The position numbers were made by a program, and so were the translations under genes. From Clostridia bacterium (GTDB lineage Bacteria > Bacillota > Clostridia > Oscillospirales > Acutalibacteraceae): a stretch of 64,000 nt of DNA. How positions within the stretch are numbered: position 1 is the first letter of the stretch; each line of letters opens with the position of its first letter. The stretch spans positions 6,132-70,131 of the forward strand of contig JAGBSO010000052.1 in the NCBI GenBank assembly GCA_017631795.1, written 5' to 3'. Under the pieces are notes generated by a model. That model was not told the origin of the DNA, did not search any database, and worked only from the letters and a program-made list of their open reading frames with translations. This document shows, in pieces, positions 37,582 to 47,229 of the stretch.

Positions 37582-38133
37582 TTAAGCTTCGAATGATGCG
37601 GGAGCCATTACGAAGAAAACAAGGTTTCCTTCTGCAGCTGCTGCCATTTCGTCAGCCTGTGTGCAGATGTTCCATCTGAGGTTTGCATTGTCTTCAAGAC
37701 CCTTAACGAATGCGTCTGCATCTGTGCCTTCAGAAAGTGTGAAAACGTAGCTGATGAAAGGAATTGTGCCCATCATGGGAGCAACCATGATGCACTTGTC
37801 AAAACCGAGAACTTCGTAGTTGTCAAAACCTGAAAGATAGTTTTCTTCAAGTTCCATTTCCATTGCTGCGGGGCCGATAGCTGCAACTGCTGTGCTCTGA
37901 GCGAGTTTTTCTGCAACTGCAAGAGCGTCTGTTTCTGTAGCTGCAAGAGCCTTGAATTCAGCAACGAGTGTCTGAGCAACTGATTCACCGCTTACAGCAG
38001 CTTCTGATGTTTCTTCAACTGTTTCCTGAACGTCTGCTTCTGTTGTGATTTCTTCTGTAACGGGAGCCTTTGAGCATGCTGCAAGAGCAAGAACCATTAC
38101 GAGAGCCATGAGGATTGCGAGTACTTTTTTCAT
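37582..38133 (-). CDS. Hypothetical lipoprotein
   Basis: Signal peptide with a lipobox (LALAAC), followed by an acidic low-complexity linker. Confidence 0.6.
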   Translation of the reverse strand: MKKVLAILMALVMVLALAACSKAPVTEEITTEADVQETVEETSEAAVSGESVAQTLVAEFKALAATETDALAVAEKLAQSTAVAAIGPAAMEMELEENYLSGFDNYEVLGFDKCIMVAPMMGTIPFISYVFTLSEGTDADAFVKGLEDNANLRWNICTQADEMAAAAEGNLVFFVMAPASFEA

Positions 38134-38185
38134 TTTTCTGTCTCCTTTAGAGTTTTTTTTATTTTAATGGTTTACATTAACAAGA

Positions 38186-39655
38186 TTATTTGAGCTTCCA
38201 TGCAAGATCTTTAAGGAAAAGTTCTTCTTCAAGCTTTTCGGGTGTGGAATCCTTTGTGATGTGAACAAATTCGATATCCATCATTCTTGCCCAGTCACGC
38301 ATCTGCTCAGCAGAAACGTCATAACTAAGAACTGTGTGATGTGCACCGCCTGCTGTTATCCAGCATTCAACACCTGTTGCAAGGTCGGGCATAGCTTTCC
38401 ACATAACTCTTGCCACGGGAAGATTGGGCATGGGCATGATGGGTTTCACACATTCGATGTCCTGACAGATAAGACGGAGTCTGCCGCCCATGTCGATAAG
38501 GCTTACAACGATAGCCTGACCTGCTTTGCCTTCAAAAACAAGTCTTGCAGGGTCTTTTTCGTTCATGCCGATACCGAGATGATGTGTCTCGATTCTGGGT
38601 TTACCCTCTGCAAGAGAAGGACATACTTCGAGCATATGAGCACCGAGAGAATATTCCTGACCTTCTGCAAGGTGATATGTGTAGTCTTCCATGAATGCGG
38701 AAGCACCGTTGCCGTTTTCACCCATAGCCTTGAGAATTGCTGTCATTGCGGCAACTTTCCAGTCGCCCTCACCGCCGTAGCCGTAACCCTGAGCCATAAG
38801 ATGCTGGCTTGCAAGACCGGGAAGCTGTTCCATTCCGTAAAGATCCTGGAATGTGTTTGAGAAAGCCATTGCACCTTCCGCATCGAGCATTTTCTTCATT
38901 GCAATTTCTTCTCTTGCCTGATAACGGATTGCATCTGTGTTATCTGTTGCAATATCGTATTTGTCTGTGTATACAGCCATAAGTGCGTCGATTTCAGCTT
39001 CTGTTACTTCGTTCATAACCTTAACAAGATCGCCCACAGCCCATGTATTGACCTGCCAGCCGAGCTTTGTCTGAACTTCAACCTTATCGCCCTCTGTAAC
39101 GGCAACTTCACGCATGTTGTCACCGAAACGCATGACTTTCATGTTCTTTGAAACTGCAACACCGACACATGCTTTCATCCAGTCGCCGAGTCTCTTATGC
39201 ACTTTTTCACTCTGCCAGTAACCTGCAACAACCTTACGGGGCATACGCAGTCTTGCGGCAATGAAACCGTGTTCACGGTCACCGTGAGCAGCCTGATTAA
39301 GGTTCATGAAATCCATGTCAATTTCTTCATTGGGGATTTCTTTGTTATACTGTGTAGCAAGGTGGCAGTAAGGCTTCTGGAGTGAAGCGAGACCGTTTAT
39401 CCACATCTTGCTGGGTGAGAATGTGTGGCACCATGTGATGATACCTGCACAAGTGTCATCATAATTTGCTTCTTTAACGATATCTGTTATCTCTTTGTTT
39501 GTTTTTGCAGTAACTTTGTAAACAAGAGGGAATGGAAGATACTTGCTCATCTCATGAGCCATTTCCTTTGCTCTTTCTTCAACGGTTTCGAGAACTTCGG
39601 GACCGTAAAGAAACTGCGAACCTACAACAAACCAGAAATTATAATTTGTATTCAT
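38186..39655 (-). CDS. araA: L-arabinose isomerase
   Basis: 489-aa ORF with an N-terminus (FWFVVGSQFLYGPE) and a length typical of AraA. Confidence 0.9.
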   Translation of the reverse strand: MNTNYNFWFVVGSQFLYGPEVLETVEERAKEMAHEMSKYLPFPLVYKVTAKTNKEITDIVKEANYDDTCAGIITWCHTFSPSKMWINGLASLQKPYCHLATQYNKEIPNEEIDMDFMNLNQAAHGDREHGFIAARLRMPRKVVAGYWQSEKVHKRLGDWMKACVGVAVSKNMKVMRFGDNMREVAVTEGDKVEVQTKLGWQVNTWAVGDLVKVMNEVTEAEIDALMAVYTDKYDIATDNTDAIRYQAREEIAMKKMLDAEGAMAFSNTFQDLYGMEQLPGLASQHLMAQGYGYGGEGDWKVAAMTAILKAMGENGNGASAFMEDYTYHLAEGQEYSLGAHMLEVCPSLAEGKPRIETHHLGIGMNEKDPARLVFEGKAGQAIVVSLIDMGGRLRLICQDIECVKPIMPMPNLPVARVMWKAMPDLATGVECWITAGGAHHTVLSYDVSAEQMRDWARMMDIEFVHITKDSTPEKLEEELFLKDLAWKLK

Positions 39656-39730
39656 ATGTATTCCTCCGTATCAAGAATCACAATCAAATCAAGTATACAA
39701 TATTTGCAGATATTTTTCAATAGCAAAAAT

Positions 39731-39918
39731 AAACAATAATTTATCAAATAAATTAAATGGCATCTTGTAGGGGCGTTGTCCTCAACGCCCGGCACGACAG
39801 TGCATTTTCCACAGGAAAATTTAACGGCAAAGCCGTTCTGCTTCGCAGCGGGCGTTGGGGACAACGCCCCTACTGGCTTGATTGTAATTCCTGCAATTAT
39901 ACCAATAAATTCTTGTTT
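39731..39918 (+). repeat. Type-A miniature inverted-repeat element, copy A3 (REPIN-like core 39767-39873)
   Basis: The left terminus is AAACAATAATTTATC. The core arms are GTAGGGGCGTTGTCCTCAACGCCCG and CGGGCGTTGGGGACAACGCCCCTAC. The right terminus CCAATAAATTCTTGTTT is degenerate. The element lies in the divergent araA/GH2 promoter region. Confidence 0.85.
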
Positions 39919-39981
39919 TTTCTTGATTTAATTTCTGTTTTATGATAATATCCAATTATCATAAACAAAGCAGGTGTTAAA

Positions 39982-42981
39982 ATGAAAATACCATCATATC
40001 ACAAAAGTCTTGATGTTCTGCATTTCGGTACACTGAAACCCAGAGCATATTTTATTCCTTACGAATGCCTTGACGATGCACTCTCAGGCAATCGTGAAAA
40101 CAGCGCATATTTCACTTCACTCTGCGGTGAGTGGAATTATAAATTCTATGAAAGCTTTGAAGACATTGACTGCGAATTCTGGTCAGAAAGTTTTGATTAT
40201 TCATCACTTCCCGAAGTACCCGTTCCCGGCAATGTTCAGTTGTATAAAAATGTAGAACACGACAAACCCCTTTACTCAAACCTCTACTATCCGTTCCCAA
40301 CAGACCCACCCCATGTTCCCGACGAAAACCCCTGTTCAGTTTTCATCAAGGAGTTTTTTGTCAACGACGAAATGGCAGAGAGAGACAATATTCTCACTTT
40401 CGAGGGTGTTGCATCATGTTTCTATCTGTGGATAAACGGTCAGTTTGTGGGTTACAGTCAGATAAGCCACGCAACAAGCGAATTCGACATCACAAAGTTC
40501 GTCCACAAGGGCGTGAATAAGATTGCCGTTCTTGTTGTGAAATGGTGTGACGGTTCATATCTTGAAGATCAGGATTTCTTCCGTCTTTCAGGTATTTTCA
40601 GAGAAGTTTACATTCTTTCAAGAAGCAAAGTCCGTCTTGAAGATGTATATATAAAACAGAGTTTCAACGATGATTTTTCCGTTGCAACTCTTGATGTTGA
40701 CTGTGTTCTGAACACAAAAGCAGACATCAGTTACGGTCTTATTTCACCCGCAGGTTATGTTATCAATAACGGTGATTCATCAAAAGCTCACTTTGAAATA
40801 AAAATCGATGAGCCTATGATGTGGAATGACGAAAAACCCCATCTCTACACTCTTTTCCTGACAGTTGAAGATGAAATCATTCCGTTCCCCATTGCACTTT
40901 GCAAAAAGGAAATCAGGGACAAGAAGCTCCTTATCAACGGCAAGGCTGCAAAGCTTCGCGGTATCAACCGTCATGATTCAACAGAAAACGGTTATGTTGT
41001 GACTGTTGACGATATGAAGAAAGATCTTCTTATGATGAAGAGAGCAAATGTCAACTGCATCAGAACATCACATTATCCCAATGATCCCCGTTTTGTTGAA
41101 CTTGCTCAGGCACTCGGTTTCTATCTTGTGAATGAAGCAGACATCGAAACTCACGGTATGGGCTGGAATACAGACGAAGACTGGGACTGGTTCCGCTGGT
41201 CAATGCTTTCAACCGTTGACGAATGGGAAGCAGCATATGTTGACAGAGCAGAACATCTCTTTGAACGTGACAAGAATCAGGGCTGCGTTGTTATGTGGTC
41301 ACTGGGTAACGAAAGCGGTTGCGGCAAGAATCACCGTGCAATGAGAAATTACATCAAATCACGTGACAACACAGCAATCGTTCACTACGAAAATGCACAT
41401 CTTGAATTCAAGGCTGTTCCCGAAGGTGAAAATTTCGCAGAGATTTCTGATGTGGAAAGCCGTATGTATTCAGGCTATAACTACACAGAGGGTTATCTTA
41501 ACAATCCCGATTATGACAAGCCTTTCTACTGGTGCGAATACGTCTGTTCAATGTCAACAGGTGACGTTCACGAATACTGGAAACTTGTTGATAAATATGA
41601 AAACCACACCGGCGGATGTATCTGGGAATGGAGTGACCATGCAGTCAGAATCGACGACGAAAACGGCAACGCACGTTATTATTACGGCGGTGACTTCGGT
41701 GAATATCCCCACAACGGCATCTGCTGTATCGACGGTCTTGTTTTCCCCGACAGAACACCCCGTCCCGGTTACTACGATATGAAAAAGGTTTATGAACCTT
41801 TCAGAACTGAATACAAAGACGGCAATCTTACAATTAAAAATGTCCGTTATTTCACACCTTTGTCAGACCTTTATGCAGACTGGAAAGTTGAAAGCAACGG
41901 TGTAACAATTGTTTCGGGAAGAATCGAATCACTTGATATTGCTCCGCAGGATAAGAAAGAATTCCGTCTTACAGGCATTGATGAATTCAACTACACAGGC
42001 GATACATTCCTGACTGTTTCAGTAAAACAGAAGAATGACACTCTCTGGGCAGATGCAGGCTATGAAGTCGGTTTCGGTCAGTTTGAAATCGAAAGCGCAA
42101 AGGCTCAGGTGCAGAAAGAAACAAAACTTCTTGTCTGTGAAGAAGGCGACAGATTTGTAAGAATCACAAACGGTGCAAATGAATATACATTTGATAAGTC
42201 ATACGGCAGAATTGCTTCAATTGAAGTTGACGGTGAGGAAATCCTTGAAGCTCCTTCATCATTCAAGCTCTGGAGAGCACCCAGCTATAACGTAGGCTCA
42301 TCACCTGCATGGTATGCAAACAATCTTCACCATGTAAAGCAGAAGACATACTCCGCAGAAGTTGAAAAAACAGAAAACGCAATTGTCATCAAGACAAAAA
42401 TTGCTCTTGGCGGACCTGCAAATCCTCCTGTTATCAAGGCTGATGTTGATTATGTTTTCAGCAACGACGGCACATTCACAGCCGAGATTGACGGTATAAT
42501 CAAAAAAGAAGCTCCCGTGCTTCCGAGAATCGGAATGGAGCTTCGTCTGAAAGAAGAGTTTGAAAATCTCAGCTATTTCGGTCTTGGTGAAACCGAAACT
42601 TATGTTGACAGACACAAGGCTGCAAGATTCGGTGAATATTCACTCACAGTCACAGAGAATTACGTGCCTTACATCAGACCGCAGGAGAATTCATCGCATT
42701 TCATGACAAGACGTGTCACACTGAGTAATGAAAAGGGCACATCTGTTACTGCAACTGGTTACGGAATCCCCGATTTCAGCTTCTGTGCATCACATTTCTC
42801 AGCTGAACAGCTCACAGAGAAAAAGCATCATTTCGAGCTTGAAAAAGAGCCTTACACAATCCTGAATCTTGACGGCAGATTCACAGCACACAGCGAAAAT
42901 CCCGAATTCAATAACGACGAAAATAACCGTCTTATTGACGAAAAAGAATTCAGATTCGGATTTAAATTTGACATCGGATAA
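39982..42981 (+). CDS. lacZ: GH2 beta-galactosidase
   Basis: 999-aa ORF with RTSHYPNDPRF, WSLGNESG (acid/base Glu) and WCEYVCSM (nucleophile Glu region). A C-terminal small-chain domain is present. Confidence 0.9.
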   Translation: MKIPSYHKSLDVLHFGTLKPRAYFIPYECLDDALSGNRENSAYFTSLCGEWNYKFYESFEDIDCEFWSESFDYSSLPEVPVPGNVQLYKNVEHDKPLYSNLYYPFPTDPPHVPDENPCSVFIKEFFVNDEMAERDNILTFEGVASCFYLWINGQFVGYSQISHATSEFDITKFVHKGVNKIAVLVVKWCDGSYLEDQDFFRLSGIFREVYILSRSKVRLEDVYIKQSFNDDFSVATLDVDCVLNTKADISYGLISPAGYVINNGDSSKAHFEIKIDEPMMWNDEKPHLYTLFLTVEDEIIPFPIALCKKEIRDKKLLINGKAAKLRGINRHDSTENGYVVTVDDMKKDLLMMKRANVNCIRTSHYPNDPRFVELAQALGFYLVNEADIETHGMGWNTDEDWDWFRWSMLSTVDEWEAAYVDRAEHLFERDKNQGCVVMWSLGNESGCGKNHRAMRNYIKSRDNTAIVHYENAHLEFKAVPEGENFAEISDVESRMYSGYNYTEGYLNNPDYDKPFYWCEYVCSMSTGDVHEYWKLVDKYENHTGGCIWEWSDHAVRIDDENGNARYYYGGDFGEYPHNGICCIDGLVFPDRTPRPGYYDMKKVYEPFRTEYKDGNLTIKNVRYFTPLSDLYADWKVESNGVTIVSGRIESLDIAPQDKKEFRLTGIDEFNYTGDTFLTVSVKQKNDTLWADAGYEVGFGQFEIESAKAQVQKETKLLVCEEGDRFVRITNGANEYTFDKSYGRIASIEVDGEEILEAPSSFKLWRAPSYNVGSSPAWYANNLHHVKQKTYSAEVEKTENAIVIKTKIALGGPANPPVIKADVDYVFSNDGTFTAEIDGIIKKEAPVLPRIGMELRLKEEFENLSYFGLGETETYVDRHKAARFGEYSLTVTENYVPYIRPQENSSHFMTRRVTLSNEKGTSVTATGYGIPDFSFCASHFSAEQLTEKKHHFELEKEPYTILNLDGRFTAHSENPEFNNDENNRLIDEKEFRFGFKFDIG

Positions 42982-42998
42982 ACATGAAAAATCAAAGA

Positions 42999-43029
42999 AG
43001 TGCAGAAGCCTTTTTCTGCACTTTTTTAT
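42999..43029 (+). terminator. Rho-independent terminator of the GH2 gene
   Basis: AAGTGCAGAA ... TTCTGCACTT hairpin followed by a T-run. Confidence 0.7.
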
Positions 43030-43054
43030 ACTTGAAAAATTCATCAAACACATA

Positions 43055-43083
43055 TTGACATTAAAAGTTCGGTGTGATATAAA
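43055..43083 (+). promoter_or_regulatory. SigA-type promoter for the lipoprotein gene
   Basis: TTGACA, a 17-nt spacer, then TATAAA. Confidence 0.5.
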
Positions 43084-43114
43084 ATAAACATAAATTAAAA
43101 GGAGGAATGCTCGT

Positions 43115-43828
43115 ATGAAAAAGTTTTTAAGTATTTTTGTAGTGGTAATGATGATCTGCCTTACTGCTTGCGGCAGCAATGTAACAGAGCCTGCAACAGA
43201 CGCAGACAACAACAATGTTGTTACAGAACAGCAGTCAGCTACTGACAAAAACGAAAACGACACAGCTGCGGCAACAACTGAAACAAGTACAAAAAAAGAT
43301 GACACTGTAAACGAAGATGAAAAAGTAACTGTTCTGCCTCTGGCTGATGCAAGTGCAGATTTTTCATTCCTTTCAGGTGCAGGCGGTTGGAGCACCGAAA
43401 TGACACTTAACAAGGACGGCTCATTCACAGGAACATACCATGATTCAGAAATGGGTTCTGTAGGTGAAGGTTATCCCAACGGCAGCATGTACATCTGTGA
43501 ATTCTCAGGTAAATTCGGCAACTTCGAAAAGATCAATGATTATTCATACAAAATGACTCTTACAGAAATCAAGACAGAAAAAGCAGCAGGCGAAGAATGG
43601 ATTGAAGACGAAATCCTTTACATCGCAAGCAATCCCAACGGTCTGACAGATGCTGAAGGTGAGAATAATGCTACTGAATTTATTCTTTATCTTCCCGAAA
43701 CTCCTGTTAATGAGTTGACTGAAGATTTCCTTTCATGGTGGCCTTACAGATTTGATGCAAAGACAACTCTTTCATGCTTCGGTATCCGGAATGTTGCTAC
43801 TGACAATGGTTTCTTCACAGCAGAATAA
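43115..43828 (+). CDS. Hypothetical lipoprotein
   Basis: Lipobox LTAC, followed by an Asn/Thr/Asp-rich linker and a globular C-terminal domain of unknown function. Confidence 0.6.
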   Translation: MKKFLSIFVVVMMICLTACGSNVTEPATDADNNNVVTEQQSATDKNENDTAAATTETSTKKDDTVNEDEKVTVLPLADASADFSFLSGAGGWSTEMTLNKDGSFTGTYHDSEMGSVGEGYPNGSMYICEFSGKFGNFEKINDYSYKMTLTEIKTEKAAGEEWIEDEILYIASNPNGLTDAEGENNATEFILYLPETPVNELTEDFLSWWPYRFDAKTTLSCFGIRNVATDNGFFTAE

Positions 43829-43873
43829 AATTCAAGAAAAAGACCTGACCGGATAGTCGGGTCTTTTTTAGTG

Positions 43874-44311
43874 CTACATAAAACAGTAATATATCACTCC
43901 GAAAACGGAAGCAGCACCGCAGCCGTAAACGATTACAGGTCCTGCGATGGTGAACATTTTTGCACCCGTACCGTATATTTTTCCGTCTGTGGTGTATTCA
44001 AGACCCGATGAAACAACAGCATTCGCAAAGCCTGTTATGGGCACAAGTGTACCTGCACCTGCGTATTTTGCAATCTTGTCAAAAACACCTATTCCCGTAA
44101 GGATTGCTGCGATTACAATCAGCGAAACGGGAATGAGAATTTTTACGATATCTTCTTTTATCCCGATTTTTGTGTAAAGCATTCCGAATGCTTCACCCAG
44201 TGTGCAGATTGCACCGCCGATAAGAAATGCAAAAAGCATATTTTTAAATTTCGGTGACGACGGTGAAGCTTTTTTTGTCATCAGGTCATATTCTCTGTCT
44301 TTTGAAGGCAT
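43874..44311 (-). CDS. spoVAC: Stage V sporulation protein AC
   Basis: I trimmed the ORF to MPSKDREY. FAFLIGGAICTLGE and GAGTLVPITGFANA are conserved in SpoVAC. Confidence 0.85.
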   Translation of the reverse strand: MPSKDREYDLMTKKASPSSPKFKNMLFAFLIGGAICTLGEAFGMLYTKIGIKEDIVKILIPVSLIVIAAILTGIGVFDKIAKYAGAGTLVPITGFANAVVSSGLEYTTDGKIYGTGAKMFTIAGPVIVYGCGAASVFGVIYYCFM

Positions 44312-44409
44312 AATAAACCACTCCTTTTTAATAAATTTACCCGTTTTGCATATTGATATGTATCGGTAACAAAAAATTCGCATATTATTTGAACAGGGGA
44401 GTGGATTTT

Positions 44410-44646
44410 ATGAAATGTTCAGTAAACAGTCTTTGCAATAAGGATGTTATAACGGTCAATGACGGAATGAAAATCGGTACCGTGAGTGATGCTGAGTTTG
44501 ATACGGAAACAGGATGCATCACAGCACTGATTATCAGCGGAAAACAGGGATTTTTCGGCATAGTCGGCAAAACCGAAGATATCAGGATAAACTGGTGTGA
44601 CATCGAAGTGATAGGCGATGATACGATTCTTATAAAAAAATGCTGA
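44410..44646 (+). CDS. ylmC: YlmC/YmxH-family PRC-barrel sporulation protein
   Basis: I trimmed the ORF to MKCSVNSLCNKDVITVNDGMKIGTVSDAEFD (GGGGAG RBS). It is 78 aa. Confidence 0.8.
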   Translation: MKCSVNSLCNKDVITVNDGMKIGTVSDAEFDTETGCITALIISGKQGFFGIVGKTEDIRINWCDIEVIGDDTILIKKC

Positions 44647-44679
44647 GTCATTTTCAGGCTCAGCATTTTGTGTTTATTA

Positions 44680-45333
44680 TTATTTTTTTCTGTACTTTAT
44701 AACGATTGCAACGAGACCGCCGATGAATACGACTGCCGCAATGACTGCCGCAACAATGATTTTTGTGATACCTTCTTTATTTCCTGATTCTGCACCGTCA
44801 AAGCTGAAGCTGTCGCTTGTTGCTTTTTGGATACTGCCTTCATTGAGAGGGATTTTGAGTGTTGCTCTGTCAAGATTTACTTCTGCGGAATCGGGGTCCA
44901 TTGCACAGCTGTCTGCTGTTGAAATAAAGACTGTTTCTGTGGCAGAAGTGTCTTTTACCTTGAAAGTAAGAGTTGCAACGGTTGCACTTCCGTCAGCTTC
45001 GCAGTCACTTTCTTTGACATGGTAAAGGTCAACAAACTGAATTGCAACTATTTCAGATTCGGGATTATCACCGACTTCAACAAAAGTATCTTTTATGTCT
45101 GTTACATCATATTCTGTAAGCTCAACTGCCGAGCTGTTATATCTGAGTCTGAAATCAGCACTTTCAGTACCTGCGAAATCAAGCACTCTGTAATAAACGG
45201 TAACTGTCTGATTTTCCGAATCATAGTCTGCCGCAAGCATGAGTTCCGGAGTTTTCCATGCAAATGCTGTGAGCGAAAACAGTGATACTGCGAGTATTAC
45301 TGCTGTCAGGATTGAAGCGATAATTTTTTTCAT
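44680..45333 (-). CDS. Cohesin-like domain cell-surface protein with C-terminal TM anchor
   Basis: I trimmed the ORF to MKKIIAS, which carries a signal peptide. A beta-sandwich-like domain follows (VTVYYRVLDFAGTESADFRLRYNSSAVEL). The C-terminal helix is IIVAAVIAAVVFIGGLVAIVI, followed by KYRKK. Confidence 0.5.
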   Translation of the reverse strand: MKKIIASILTAVILAVSLFSLTAFAWKTPELMLAADYDSENQTVTVYYRVLDFAGTESADFRLRYNSSAVELTEYDVTDIKDTFVEVGDNPESEIVAIQFVDLYHVKESDCEADGSATVATLTFKVKDTSATETVFISTADSCAMDPDSAEVNLDRATLKIPLNEGSIQKATSDSFSFDGAESGNKEGITKIIVAAVIAAVVFIGGLVAIVIKYRKK

Positions 45334-45347
45334 TTTTATTTGTCCTT

Positions 45348-46382
45348 TCATATGAAATAAAACTGTGTATCCCATGCGGGGATATAGGGATTGTGTCTGA
45401 TAAAAACTTTGTAATCATCACGTATAGACATAATCTGCAAGGGAATTGCAAAGATATCCTCCGACCTGTGATAACATGAAACAAGCATTTTCGGTCTGCA
45501 TCGTTTTATGGTCTCAGCCGCACCGTCTATGGCTTCTTTTTCAAGACCTTCCACATCAAATTTGATGTATGTCACATCTTTTTCTCCGAGAATACTGTCA
45601 ACCGTCACGCATTTTACGGTGTTGCCGTTTTTGTCTGCGTTACCGTTTCTGCCACCGTGTTTTGAAAAAGTGACTTCACCGCAGTTGTCTGAAATGCAGA
45701 TATTCAGACATTCAATATTTTCAAGATGCTCTGTGTTGTTTTTAAGCTTTGTGAAATTTTTTATATCAGGCTCAGCCGCATAGATTTTTCTGTACGACTT
45801 CACATTACTGAGAAATTCTGCAATCGTGTCACCGTTGAATGCACCAAGGTCCATATAAATTTCATCATCACCGAGTTTCAGAATGTTTTCATATGCTTCA
45901 TCTCTTGATGTTTCGCATTCAAGCAGATAATTTATGTCACCGGTCAGCTTGAAATTTATTATATTGTCAAAAACTGCCTTTGATTTTTCTTCACAGAGCA
46001 TATTTCTGACCTGCACGATCAGAGCCTTGTGTTTTTCATAAAAATCACGGCTGAAGATGTTGTCACCGTAAACGGGCACATCAACGGAATAAGTTTCTCT
46101 TTCCCTGCTGACTTTTATAAAATTCCCAATAACTTCTTCACGCTGAGAGCCGAAAGAAATCAGCGTCAGAAAATCACCGAATTGCTCTTTAGCCTGAGTG
46201 TAGCTGATAACAGGGAAGCCTCTGAATGTGCGGCTTCTGACAAATCCGTCCGATGCAAAAATCCCTGAAACGGGAATGCCAAGTCTTTGCAGCTCATCAA
46301 GAATTCTGTCAGCTCCGTTACCCGTGCCGTAAATGAGTACGGGTTTTTCTGTTTCTTTTGCTCTTTCCCAGACTGTTTTCAT
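45348..46382 (-). CDS. FkbM-family methyltransferase
   Basis: 344-aa ORF with a MDLGAFNGDT SAM-binding motif and a C-terminal region typical of FkbM. Confidence 0.7.
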   Translation of the reverse strand: MKTVWERAKETEKPVLIYGTGNGADRILDELQRLGIPVSGIFASDGFVRSRTFRGFPVISYTQAKEQFGDFLTLISFGSQREEVIGNFIKVSRERETYSVDVPVYGDNIFSRDFYEKHKALIVQVRNMLCEEKSKAVFDNIINFKLTGDINYLLECETSRDEAYENILKLGDDEIYMDLGAFNGDTIAEFLSNVKSYRKIYAAEPDIKNFTKLKNNTEHLENIECLNICISDNCGEVTFSKHGGRNGNADKNGNTVKCVTVDSILGEKDVTYIKFDVEGLEKEAIDGAAETIKRCRPKMLVSCYHRSEDIFAIPLQIMSIRDDYKVFIRHNPYIPAWDTQFYFI

Positions 46383-47098
46383 TCGAGTATGTTTGATGTG
46401 ATGAACTCAATGCCCAATGAAGCAAGATTTTCACCTGCTGCGGGGTCATCACATGTCCAGCAGTTTACTTTTATTCCTGCATCGTGAAGCTCTTTCATGT
46501 TGTCTGCATTGAGAGAAGTGTATTTTATGTCAAGGTCAAGATTATGCTCTTTAAGAGTATCAAGAAGCCATGGCTCATAGTTGTCAATAAGGAACTGTGC
46601 TTCCTGTTCGGGATATTTCTTTCTGAGGAAAACGAGATTTTCAAGGCAGAATGAAATAAAAACAACATTCGGGAGATAGCCGAGATCTTTTATGATGTCA
46701 ACGATTTCATAGACTTCATCTTCTGTGAAAGCATTTTTAAGTTCAAGCACAGCCACTTTTTCATATTTTTTGCAGATGGAAATATACTCCTGCAATGTGG
46801 GGATTCTGATGTCTGACCTGCCCTTTTTGCCGTCAATATCTGTGAGCAGAAGATTTCTCAGACAGTCAAAAGTTGTCTTTTCAACTTCCATGTCGTCAAT
46901 GGCAACTCTGCCTGTTGTGTCGTCATGGAAAACAACATATTTTCCGTCAAGAGTCTTGTGCACGTCTGTTTCAATGCCGTAATAGCTTCTGTTGCCTGCC
47001 GCAACAAAAGCTGCATTTGTGTTTTCTTTTTCGATACCGCTCAGACCTCTGTGGGCGATGATTTTTGTTTCTTTTTTGTCAAATTTAACAGTGTTCAT
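46379..47098 (-). CDS. Glycerophosphodiester phosphodiesterase (GDPD)
   Basis: IIAHRGLSG...ENT...GIETDVH motifs are present. It has an ATGA overlap with the FkbM gene. Confidence 0.85.
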   Translation of the reverse strand: MNTVKFDKKETKIIAHRGLSGIEKENTNAAFVAAGNRSYYGIETDVHKTLDGKYVVFHDDTTGRVAIDDMEVEKTTFDCLRNLLLTDIDGKKGRSDIRIPTLQEYISICKKYEKVAVLELKNAFTEDEVYEIVDIIKDLGYLPNVVFISFCLENLVFLRKKYPEQEAQFLIDNYEPWLLDTLKEHNLDLDIKYTSLNADNMKELHDAGIKVNCWTCDDPAAGENLASLGIEFITSNILE

Positions 47099-47229
47099 AA
47101 AAACACCTCCGATGACAGAAGTATAACATTTACAGTCCGAAACTTCAATATTAAATTAATAAATATATTGCAAAATAAATGAAGATGTGATATCATTTAT
47201 AGTGATTGAATATCGAAAGGACGTTTTTT

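Noticed and set aside
38261-38860. Long antisense ORFs overlapping well-supported genes. Examples are 38261-38860 in araA, 12641-13009 in GH13, 55868-56257 in rpoB, 60328-60678 in rpoC, 51961-52655 over the NUDIX/isomerase genes, and 42799-43428 over the GH2 end and the lipoprotein start.
   Set aside because: Each lies opposite a strongly conserved coding frame. None has an RBS, and their compositions are low-complexity, typical of shadow ORFs.
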